From NCBI GenBank assembly GCA_000004985.1, contig GG738846.1: a stretch of DNA of 64,000 bases. The stretch is one strand, 5' to 3'. The notes beneath the pieces were generated by a model that worked only from the letters and a program-made list of their open reading frames with translations, did no database searches and was not told the DNA's origin. Shown piece by piece: positions 56,233-64,000 of this stretch (positions are counted from its first letter, which is position 1; the number at the start of each line of letters is the position of its first letter). Source of the DNA: Naegleria gruberi (taxonomy: Eukaryota). The position numbers and the translations under genes were made by a program.

Positions 56233-58368
56233 TTACTTATGATAATCACGATGTTCAATAAATTGATCTTTTGTAATTTTCCTTTCCTTTGTTGTGTAAG
56301 GCATAAGGCATGGCTGTCTAAGGTAAACCTGCACATGCTCATTTGTGTGCACTTCAAATGTCATCTCACCAACACCTGTAATAGAAATCCAACCAATACC
56401 ACCAATACAAATATCCAAAATGCTTTCTCTTCTAGTTGTTCCATTAACTTTGAATTTAAGAGATTTGTTCAGTCCATAAATCAATGAGTCTTTTCCATCA
56501 ATTGGAGGAACAATTTGGTATTCAGGAGTAGCGTTTCTACCAACATGCTTTTCATAGAATTCGTCAGCCTTCTCTATACCTGTACAATGGATTGAAAGTC
56601 TGGAAGAGGTGAATACAGAAAATATGCAACGATTCCAATCTTCGTTTTGAACGTTATCTTCAATATAGTCCAATCTAAAGAGACCAGATAAGAAGAAACA
56701 CCTTCCAGGTCTTAATCTTACAAATCTTGGATCAATGACATCACCATCAGGAATGATATATTTCCAATCCTCATATTTCAAATAATCTGTGAAAAGTTTT
56801 TGATGTTGGTTCAATACTCCAGGTGTATCAAATAAGTTTGCTCGTTCACCTGTAGCAGTTGTAATTGGGAATGATATGGTTTTGAGTGTTGTTCCTGGTA
56901 AGGTTGAGGTGGTGATTGAAATGTTGGACTTTCTGCTTTCGTATTGTTGTTTAAATAGTTGATTAATAAAAGTTGATTTACCAACATTTGTACATCCGAT
57001 TACATAGACATCACCTCCTTTTCTATAGCTATTCATCTTTTCGTGTAGCTGCTTCATATTTGTACCTGTTGTACTGCTTACAACCTCGATGCCTACAAGT
57101 TGTGACCTCTCTTCTGTAGTTAAGAATAATTCAAAATCCTTCTTCAATATTCTTCTCACCCATTCTTCAAGTCTTCTGTAAATTAATGCTTTAGTCCTCT
57201 CTTTTTCAGTATCTGGTCTTCGATCATAGGAACTTCTTCCCTTTAAAAGTAAATCCACCTTATTGGCAACCACCAAGACATTATGGTGAGATCCAATAAT
57301 ATCTTTAAAATTAGGTATGATTGAACCATGAGTATCGAATAAATCAATAACATAAATAATGAGTGCCTTCTTTTTCAATTGAGATATTCTTTCAAATACC
57401 TGTCTGGCAGCCTCTTGATCCACTTGAACTGTACTGTATACACCATAATTTCTCAATTGGTGACATCTTTGACATACCAATTCAGATAAGCTTTCATCAA
57501 TAAGTTGTTGCGAGGTTTTCCCTTTGTGTTTGAGGAATTTCTTATAAAGATTAAATTCATCCATATCCATTACCAAAAACCCTTCTGGTGGTGGTTGGTT
57601 CTTGCCAACTGGAGAATTTCTTACATTTTCAATTGTTGAAATAGCCTCCTCCTCTGTCATTCCTTCGTTTTTGTCTTGCATTTCTTGAACCTTTTCCTTT
57701 AACACTCGCTGTTTTTCTAATTCCAATTTTTGCATTTCCTCTTCAAGTTTTGAAAATTTTTCTTGTTCTGAAATTCTCTTTTCAACAGATTTTGGATGAA
57801 TAAATCCAGGTTTTTCAGTACTTTCAGTTTGAAGAGTTGCTCCACAACCAGTACAGTGAGCATTTCCTGCTTGTATTTCAGTCAAATCTGATAACATGAC
57901 ATGCTTAATTTTAAAATCATGTTCATGGATGGCCTTTTTGGTTTCGTCATGTTGTCCTATCAATTCATCCAAATGAGCTCTTCTGTTTCTAGATCTTTGG
58001 GCCACTTGTTTTGGAGATTCTTCGGAACTTTCTTGGATATTATTTCTGTTGGAATATTTAGATTTGTAGTCGTAGGATGATTTTCTTCCACCTCTTTTTA
58101 CTTCCTTTTGCTTTTGAAATTCTTTTTGATATTCTTTAAAAGAACGTCCAATTAAATCGGTTGAAAAATTGTTACTTCCGAATATTCCTAGCTTTAATGG
58201 ATAACCTTGAAGACTTGATGACACAAGGTAGGGAGAAAAGCTTGTCTTACCAATCAATTTCCTCATTTTTTTAATTTCAATTTTTATTCCACTGCAATAT
58301 TTTTCAGCCTCTTTTCTTATTAAACGACAAGTTGCTGTAATGGTTGCCGTACAACCAACTTGAACCAT
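56233..58368 (-). CDS. NOA1: Circularly permuted YqeH/NOA1-type GTPase (mitochondrial ribosome assembly; fungal Gep3/Mtg3-like), about 711 aa.
   Basis: ORF 56233-58395, trimmed to the ATG at 58366-58368 (the track start is a TTG). N-terminal zinc-finger-like CTGCGATLQ. Circularly permuted order of G motifs: NKVD (VVANKVDLL) precedes the P-loop (VIGCTNVGKSTFIN). A long Lys/Glu coiled linker is present. Confidence 0.75.
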   Translation of the reverse strand: MVQVGCTATITATCRLIRKEAEKYCSGIKIEIKKMRKLIGKTSFSPYLVSSSLQGYPLKLGIFGSNNFSTDLIGRSFKEYQKEFQKQKEVKRGGRKSSYDYKSKYSNRNNIQESSEESPKQVAQRSRNRRAHLDELIGQHDETKKAIHEHDFKIKHVMLSDLTEIQAGNAHCTGCGATLQTESTEKPGFIHPKSVEKRISEQEKFSKLEEEMQKLELEKQRVLKEKVQEMQDKNEGMTEEEAISTIENVRNSPVGKNQPPPEGFLVMDMDEFNLYKKFLKHKGKTSQQLIDESLSELVCQRCHQLRNYGVYSTVQVDQEAARQVFERISQLKKKALIIYVIDLFDTHGSIIPNFKDIIGSHHNVLVVANKVDLLLKGRSSYDRRPDTEKERTKALIYRRLEEWVRRILKKDFELFLTTEERSQLVGIEVVSSTTGTNMKQLHEKMNSYRKGGDVYVIGCTNVGKSTFINQLFKQQYESRKSNISITTSTLPGTTLKTISFPITTATGERANLFDTPGVLNQHQKLFTDYLKYEDWKYIIPDGDVIDPRFVRLRPGRCFFLSGLFRLDYIEDNVQNEDWNRCIFSVFTSSRLSIHCTGIEKADEFYEKHVGRNATPEYQIVPPIDGKDSLIYGLNKSLKFKVNGTTRRESILDICIGGIGWISITGVGEMTFEVHTNEHVQVYLRQPCLMPYTTKERKITKDQFIEHRDYHK

Positions 58369-58394
58369 TTTGAAAAAAATGAATAAATACAACA
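58369..58394. promoter_or_regulatory. 26-bp divergent spacer between the NOA1-like (-) and hypothetical (+) start codons.
   Basis: ATG on the minus strand at 58366-58368 and ATG on the plus strand at 58395-58397. This is a 26-bp spacer if these ATGs are the true starts, or about 90 bp if the plus gene uses the next ATG. Confidence 0.3.
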
Positions 58395-59234
58395 ATGCGT
58401 TTGTTCATACCAAATTCAACTCAAAACAAATATCATAATACATCAACAACACTAACAATGAACAACCATGAAACTGTACTCTGTGAAGGAACTTTAGACA
58501 TGTTTGATGCTCCATCTTTTACTAGCATCAATATTAGTAGTAATTCTTCATCTTCTCCGTCATCTAATTCTCCATCACTTGTTTTTCATCTTTCAACATC
58601 ATCCGACTTTCAAACATCTGAACAAACCAAACAAAGTTCAAGTGGAAAAAGATCTAAATCAAAGGCAAAGAAGAGGAAAGTTATTTTGGATGAGGATGAT
58701 GAACGTGATTATGAGGAGTGTGATTTTATTTTGGAAAAGGGAGTTTATTCATATGCACCAAAGTATCAATGTTGGACAGATATTTCAAGTGAGGTAAAAC
58801 AGGTTTATAGAGTGGTTTGGGATATGTTTGCCAAGTGTGCCCGTTCTATCATTAATGATCATTTGGAAATGAGAAACACTAGTAGAGTCCACCATCTTAC
58901 TCTTGGTTCATGTCTACCAACAGTCTTTTACTTGATATTGAAGGAAACAAATGGTGTATTCAATCAATGGTTCCAAGTTGTTAAGAAGCATGGTATTAAA
59001 GTTAAGGAAGAATGTATCCAATTTCGATTCAAGAATTGTCTTCCATGTTTGGATAAGTATGATGATTGGGGCAACTTTCAGGTTAAGCTTATCAACAACA
59101 CGTGCAAATTTGGCCAAAAAGTTTTGTTACATAGGATGAAAATTAACTACATCTCCCTTACCTGCAATGTAAGATCCAATCAAGTCTACTCATCATTCAA
59201 ATTCGAGAAAGACATGGAAATTGTTGTTCAATAA
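58395..59234 (+). CDS. Hypothetical protein, 279 aa. It has a Ser-rich N-terminus, a basic patch and a Cys/Trp-containing C-terminal domain. No family recognised.
   Basis: ORF 58395-59234 with ATG at 58395. Codon usage is similar to its neighbours. A shadow ORF (58504-58797) sits in another frame. Confidence 0.4.
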   Translation: MRLFIPNSTQNKYHNTSTTLTMNNHETVLCEGTLDMFDAPSFTSINISSNSSSSPSSNSPSLVFHLSTSSDFQTSEQTKQSSSGKRSKSKAKKRKVILDEDDERDYEECDFILEKGVYSYAPKYQCWTDISSEVKQVYRVVWDMFAKCARSIINDHLEMRNTSRVHHLTLGSCLPTVFYLILKETNGVFNQWFQVVKKHGIKVKEECIQFRFKNCLPCLDKYDDWGNFQVKLINNTCKFGQKVLLHRMKINYISLTCNVRSNQVYSSFKFEKDMEIVVQ

Positions 59235-59264
59235 ATATAGCCGTTTCAATTTAAATTCAAAAAA

Positions 59265-59859
59265 ATGAATCAACAATTCAACCATCAAGTAATCATCAAC
59301 CAACCTCAATCCTACAGATCACCCTTACTCTACAGCCCATTCCTTTATCAACCAGCAACATCCCCAATATCAAGCCTTCAACACAACACCACATCTCAAA
59401 TACCAATCCACATAACCTCTCCAAACTATGTGGTGTCTCCGAGTCCAACACCTATCCTTCAACACATTATTCCTACCTCAAATCATGTAAGATACTTTCA
59501 ACAACGAGTTAACATTGGTCAACATGAAACAACAACAACTCCAACATCAAACTTCCAACAACGAGTCAACATTCAACATGTGACAACTCCTTTCAATAAC
59601 ACATCTCCAATTTCAAATACCCAAAGACTCAATTTGACTCAAGATTCAAATGTTGATGTATTAAGCACCCAGTCGTCTTTTTTACCATCTTCTTTTTTAG
59701 AAAATTCTGAACCAACACCTCAGGAATCTAATAAACGAGCTGCTTCTTCTGAATTAGGTTCACCAAAAAAAAAGGCACCAAAGAAGGCCTTGGAGAATAT
59801 TGATTATTCTTTGGAATATGGAGAAATGGACTTCTCACAATTTGTAGAAAAAGACCACC
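59265..59859 (+). CDS. 5' fragment of a gene truncated by the assembly gap. It is Gln/Asn/Thr/Pro-rich and low-complexity (MNQQFNHQVIINQPQSYRSPLLYSPF...), with an internal QQRVNI.. duplication.
   Basis: ORF 59265-... with ATG at 59265. It is open until the N run begins at 59860. Translation across the N run in the ORF track is meaningless. Confidence 0.35.
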
Positions 59860-61936
59860 NNNNNNNNNNNNNNNNNNNNNNNNNNNNNNNNNNNNNNNNN
59901 NNNNNNNNNNNNNNNNNNNNNNNNNNNNNNNNNNNNNNNNNNNNNNNNNNNNNNNNNNNNNNNNNNNNNNNNNNNNNNNNNNNNNNNNNNNNNNNNNNNN
60001 NNNNNNNNNNNNNNNNNNNNNNNNNNNNNNNNNNNNNNNNNNNNNNNNNNNNNNNNNNNNNNNNNNNNNNNNNNNNNNNNNNNNNNNNNNNNNNNNNNNN
60101 NNNNNNNNNNNNNNNNNNNNNNNNNNNNNNNNNNNNNNNNNNNNNNNNNNNNNNNNNNNNNNNNNNNNNNNNNNNNNNNNNNNNNNNNNNNNNNNNNNNN
60201 NNNNNNNNNNNNNNNNNNNNNNNNNNNNNNNNNNNNNNNNNNNNNNNNNNNNNNNNNNNNNNNNNNNNNNNNNNNNNNNNNNNNNNNNNNNNNNNNNNNN
60301 NNNNNNNNNNNNNNNNNNNNNNNNNNNNNNNNNNNNNNNNNNNNNNNNNNNNNNNNNNNNNNNNNNNNNNNNNNNNNNNNNNNNNNNNNNNNNNNNNNNN
60401 NNNNNNNNNNNNNNNNNNNNNNNNNNNNNNNNNNNNNNNNNNNNNNNNNNNNNNNNNNNNNNNNNNNNNNNNNNNNNNNNNNNNNNNNNNNNNNNNNNNN
60501 NNNNNNNNNNNNNNNNNNNNNNNNNNNNNNNNNNNNNNNNNNNNNNNNNNNNNNNNNNNNNNNNNNNNNNNNNNNNNNNNNNNNNNNNNNNNNNNNNNNN
60601 NNNNNNNNNNNNNNNNNNNNNNNNNNNNNNNNNNNNNNNNNNNNNNNNNNNNNNNNNNNNNNNNNNNNNNNNNNNNNNNNNNNNNNNNNNNNNNNNNNNN
60701 NNNNNNNNNNNNNNNNNNNNNNNNNNNNNNNNNNNNNNNNNNNNNNNNNNNNNNNNNNNNNNNNNNNNNNNNNNNNNNNNNNNNNNNNNNNNNNNNNNNN
60801 NNNNNNNNNNNNNNNNNNNNNNNNNNNNNNNNNNNNNNNNNNNNNNNNNNNNNNNNNNNNNNNNNNNNNNNNNNNNNNNNNNNNNNNNNNNNNNNNNNNN
60901 NNNNNNNNNNNNNNNNNNNNNNNNNNNNNNNNNNNNNNNNNNNNNNNNNNNNNNNNNNNNNNNNNNNNNNNNNNNNNNNNNNNNNNNNNNNNNNNNNNNN
61001 NNNNNNNNNNNNNNNNNNNNNNNNNNNNNNNNNNNNNNNNNNNNNNNNNNNNNNNNNNNNNNNNNNNNNNNNNNNNNNNNNNNNNNNNNNNNNNNNNNNN
61101 NNNNNNNNNNNNNNNNNNNNNNNNNNNNNNNNNNNNNNNNNNNNNNNNNNNNNNNNNNNNNNNNNNNNNNNNNNNNNNNNNNNNNNNNNNNNNNNNNNNN
61201 NNNNNNNNNNNNNNNNNNNNNNNNNNNNNNNNNNNNNNNNNNNNNNNNNNNNNNNNNNNNNNNNNNNNNNNNNNNNNNNNNNNNNNNNNNNNNNNNNNNN
61301 NNNNNNNNNNNNNNNNNNNNNNNNNNNNNNNNNNNNNNNNNNNNNNNNNNNNNNNNNNNNNNNNNNNNNNNNNNNNNNNNNNNNNNNNNNNNNNNNNNNN
61401 NNNNNNNNNNNNNNNNNNNNNNNNNNNNNNNNNNNNNNNNNNNNNNNNNNNNNNNNNNNNNNNNNNNNNNNNNNNNNNNNNNNNNNNNNNNNNNNNNNNN
61501 NNNNNNNNNNNNNNNNNNNNNNNNNNNNNNNNNNNNNNNNNNNNNNNNNNNNNNNNNNNNNNNNNNNNNNNNNNNNNNNNNNNNNNNNNNNNNNNNNNNN
61601 NNNNNNNNNNNNNNNNNNNNNNNNNNNNNNNNNNNNNNNNNNNNNNNNNNNNNNNNNNNNNNNNNNNNNNNNNNNNNNNNNNNNNNNNNNNNNNNNNNNN
61701 NNNNNNNNNNNNNNNNNNNNNNNNNNNNNNNNNNNNNNNNNNNNNNNNNNNNNNNNNNNNNNNNNNNNNNNNNNNNNNNNNNNNNNNNNNNNNNNNNNNN
61801 NNNNNNNNNNNNNNNNNNNNNNNNNNNNNNNNNNNNNNNNNNNNNNNNNNNNNNNNNNNNNNNNNNNNNNNNNNNNNNNNNNNNNNNNNNNNNNNNNNNN
61901 NNNNNNNNNNNNNNNNNNNNNNNNNNNNNNNNNNNN
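59860..61936. other. Assembly gap: 2,077 consecutive N.
   Basis: An uninterrupted n run in the sequence. Its length is probably arbitrary or estimated, so frames on either side are unrelated. Confidence 1.
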
Positions 61937-62221
61937 AAGATTATTTTCGAATGTATGGGCAAAAGTATTGAGAGAAATAAGAACAAGCTTACCAAGTACA
62001 AGAATGTTTTTAGAACAATCAAGAGCAAAGCTAAAGCAAAATTGGAGGGTGAGAATTCAAATAGTGAATCCACTGTAAATGAAGTTGAAGAGATCTCTAA
62101 GAAGAAATCGAAGAAAGGTGATAATGAATCAAAGAAGAAGAATGAAAAGAACAACAGTAAGAAGAGAGTTAGAGAGGAAATTTCAACAGACTCAAACAGT
62201 TCTACTGATTCTGATAATTAA
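61937..62221 (+). CDS. 3' fragment of a coding region open from the gap edge: a Lys/Ser/Glu-rich tail (..KIIFECMGKSIERNKNKLTKYKNVFRTIKSKAKAKLEGEN..SKKRVREEISTDSNSSTDSDN). It is probably the C-terminus of the gap-interrupted gene.
   Basis: The frame is open from 61937 to the TAA at 62219-62221. It appears in the ORF track as 61955-62221. Confidence 0.3.
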   Translation, partial: KIIFECMGKSIERNKNKLTKYKNVFRTIKSKAKAKLEGENSNSESTVNEVEEISKKKSKKGDNESKKKNEKNNSKKRVREEISTDSNSSTDSDN

Positions 62222-62419
62222 TTGTAAACAATCACGTCCTTTCGGAATTTAATTTAATAAAAAAAATGGGAAGACACACATTTTAACTTCCTTGCAACAA
62301 TTTCGGTTAGTTGTTTTATTAGATTATTCACTCTGAATTCATCATCATTTTAGAATGTGTTTCTTCATGTAATTGTGTTGGTAATTGTTATTATGTAAAA
62401 TTGAATGTAAAGAGGGCCC

Positions 62420-62760
62420 AAAGTAATGGTAATTTGTTATTTAATTTATTTATGTAGGTTGATTTGATGAAGATTTTAATGCAATAGGTGAGTCGGAGTA
62501 CTACAATAATTTAATGGTAATTTGTTTAATTTGTTTAATTTATTTACAATTATTCAATTTAAATACAATAATATTAATTGATATTCAACAGTTTAATTAA
62601 TCAGCAATGGTATTTGCAGAGGTTGATTTGATGAAGATTTTAATTCAATCGAGTGAGTCACGAGTATTACAATAATTTAATGGTAATTTGTTTAATTTAT
62701 TTAATTTATTTACAGTTATTCAATTTAAATGCAATAGATTTATTGGATAATGATGAATAA
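62420..62760. repeat. Non-coding tandem repeat: about 2.2 copies of a ~162-bp AT-rich unit.
   Basis: The unit aggttgatttgatgaagattttaatKcaat..gtgagtc..gagtaYtacaataatttaatggtaatttgtttaatttRtttaatttatttacaRttattcaatttaaatRcaata starts at about 62457 and about 62619. A partial copy lies at about 62420-62456. Confidence 0.6.
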
Positions 62761-62929
62761 TTTAATGGTAAGTAGCTTGTTGGTGTTTCATTTCTGATGA
62801 ATTAGATGAGAGGAAGTGAACGCTTTTAGTTGGAAGCAGGAAGTGAGTGAGTATATTTTTTTTCAGATGGATTTAGTCGGAATTTCGGAACTTGGATTGA
62901 CTACAACTCGACTTGGAATTTTATTAGAG

Positions 62930-63135
62930 TTGTGTGTAAATCATTAACAGTTTTTCGTTAATGATTGATGACAATTATGAGTCAAATTTTATTGTGAAAT
63001 ATTGACGATTTTTCGCTAATGATTAACGTTTTTTGATAACAATTTTTCAATAATATTTAACGTTAAACATTATTGAAAAATCGTCAATAATTTACGATAA
63101 AATTTAGCGTTAATTTACCTGTAAATTTGAAATTT
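62930..63135. repeat. AT-rich foldback / imperfect palindrome cluster built on TTAACG/CGTTAA cores.
   Basis: Short hairpin tcattaac-agtttttc-gttaatga at about 62941-62964. A 13-bp perfect inverted repeat ttgacgatttttc ... gaaaaatcgtcaa is nested around ttttcaataat-atttaacgttaaac-attattgaaaa, centred on AACGTT at about 63046-63051. Further cgttaa/ttaacg copies extend to about 63200. Confidence 0.5.
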
Positions 63136-63325
63136 TTTTCCCAACAAACGTTTACGTTTTTATTTCGTTTTTTTTGTTAATTATTAACGAAAATCAATAA
63201 AGTTTGACTTGAATTTTTGTTAACAAAAGTGCGAAAAAATTTATGAAAAAATAAAAATATTTACGTGGAAATATTTTAGCGGGTTAAGTTTGATTAATAA
63301 TAATGTAGGACAAAAAATCAATTTG

Positions 63326-64000
63326 TTAGGCAATATATTGATACCAACTCGAATCCTCACTGACTCTTTTGATGTATTCTTGTTGGAGGAGAGAATCAAT
63401 AGCTCTCTTAATATCACTATTTGTTGGTTTAAAGTTTGAAGAGAGTTGAGCAAGCAATAGATTCACCAATTGTTTGTGTTCAATTTGTTTTCTAGTTTTT
63501 AGAATACGCACTATTGCAGCCTGTAGTGTATATTTTCTATCCTCCTTGATTTGTGCTAGAATTTTTTGGTTGGCTGGATTGGATTTTCCCTCTTCATAGT
63601 ATTGCTTGATTGAGTGTTGGAAAAGAGAAATCTTATTTCTTTGATAGTTAAAACTGTCATTGATTGTTATGATACTGCTTTGATCTAAACTGGTAATAGC
63701 AGAAGAAGAGGTAAATATTTTAAAATTAATAATAGGAACAAGAGTTTGGATCAACTCTTCTATTGGAATACCAACTGCCAGACTCAAATCTTGTATTGTT
63801 TTAGAATTTTCTCCATTATTAAATTGTAAAAAAATAGATAATTGAATAAGGGAAACAGTAATATCATAGTAAGGCATTGAAGAGTTTGTGAAATGACCTC
63901 TTACAACACCTTTTGAAAGAATATTCAACCAGGTTAAATGTCTTCCATTATAGAGTTTTGGATAATACTCTGTGAATGAATTCATTCTCTCACTAATTGT
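63326..64000 (-). CDS. Cullin, C-terminal part (cullin-homology region and neddylation/winged-helix domain). The CDS continues upstream beyond the window end.
   Basis: ORF 63326-63985. Its frame remains open to 64000 (..TISERMNSFTEYYPKLYNGRHLTW). The C-terminus KYTLQAAIVRILKTRKQIEHKQLVNLLLAQLSSNFKPTNSDIKRAIDSLLQQEYIKRVSEDSSWYQYIA matches the cullin consensus (IDAAIVRIMKMRK..LV.EV..QL...F.P....IKKRIE.LI.REY..R......Y.Y.A). Confidence 0.8.
   Translation of the reverse strand, partial: TISERMNSFTEYYPKLYNGRHLTWLNILSKGVVRGHFTNSSMPYYDITVSLIQLSIFLQFNNGENSKTIQDLSLAVGIPIEELIQTLVPIINFKIFTSSSAITSLDQSSIITINDSFNYQRNKISLFQHSIKQYYEEGKSNPANQKILAQIKEDRKYTLQAAIVRILKTRKQIEHKQLVNLLLAQLSSNFKPTNSDIKRAIDSLLQQEYIKRVSEDSSWYQYIA

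Noticed and set aside
59265-62154. Very long ORFs (937 aa on the plus strand, 808 aa on the minus strand) that run through the N block.
   Set aside because: They are artefacts of translating N as X across an assembly gap of arbitrary length. Only the flanking real sequence was considered.
63340-63362. A T-loop-like TCGAATCC motif (possible tRNA).
   Set aside because: It has no GG, no acceptor or anticodon stems, and lies inside the cullin CDS.
1-64000. A prokaryotic or organellar interpretation (operons, CRISPR, rRNA).
   Set aside because: Every large gene needs GT..AG introns with conserved GTAAGT donors to restore known eukaryotic proteins such as WDR90, CLASP, TRAPPC9 and a NEK kinase. 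There are no rRNA-like, repeat-spacer or Shine-Dalgarno-type features.

Overview
This window is eukaryotic nuclear DNA. It is AT-rich (roughly two-thirds A+T by eye) and very gene-dense: about 37 protein-coding genes in 64 kb, on both strands. Many intergenic spacers are only 25-110 bp, and two convergent gene pairs have stop codons that touch or overlap. Genes carry short canonical GT..AG spliceosomal introns, mostly 35-70 nt, several with GTAAGT donors and one with a TACTAAC branch box. There are no prokaryotic features (no operon logic, CRISPR or rRNA), and I found no convincing tRNA or snRNA.

Genes recognised from the ORF-track translations and manual splicing across frame breaks:
- Splicing factors: SLU7 and SF3B3.
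- Centriole/cilium-associated: WDR90/POC16 (DUF667 plus WD40 repeats) and CLASP.
- Metabolic enzymes: kidney-type glutaminase, M14 carboxypeptidase, APRT and mitochondrial MCAT.
- Nuclear export, cell-cycle kinase and ribosome biogenesis: SAC3/GANP, a NEK2-like kinase and RPF1 (Brix).
- Small mitochondrial or snoRNP components: ISD11/LYRM4, MRPL43, NOP10 and GINS3/PSF3.
- Trafficking and membrane proteins: TRAPPC9/Trs120, a TRPML/mucolipin channel and NHLRC2.
- A fungal-type Zn2Cys6 transcription factor.
- RNA and transcription factors: a THUMP-domain methyltransferase, TFIIH p44 and a NOA1/YqeH GTPase.
- Actin-related: verprolin/WIP.
- A cullin C-terminus running off the 3' edge.
- Several LRR, PH, RCC1, SH3 and hypothetical proteins.

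A 2,077-nt run of N at 59860-61936 is an assembly gap that truncates one gene. Next to it lies the only sizeable non-coding island, which holds a ~160-bp tandem repeat and a large imperfect foldback.

Many ORF-track start residues are TTG or GTG codons, not ATG, so I moved starts to the next in-frame ATG where homology supported it. Splice coordinates are manual and should be read as +/-2 nt.

No mobile element, CRISPR array or obviously novel multi-gene system is visible. The points most worth a second look are the extreme compaction with overlapping gene ends, a repeat-bearing SAC3 gene with an internal frame break, and the repeat-plus-foldback island beside the gap. The gene content also combines centriole/cilium genes with a fungal Zn2Cys6 factor, which points to a reduced zoosporic-fungus-like genome.
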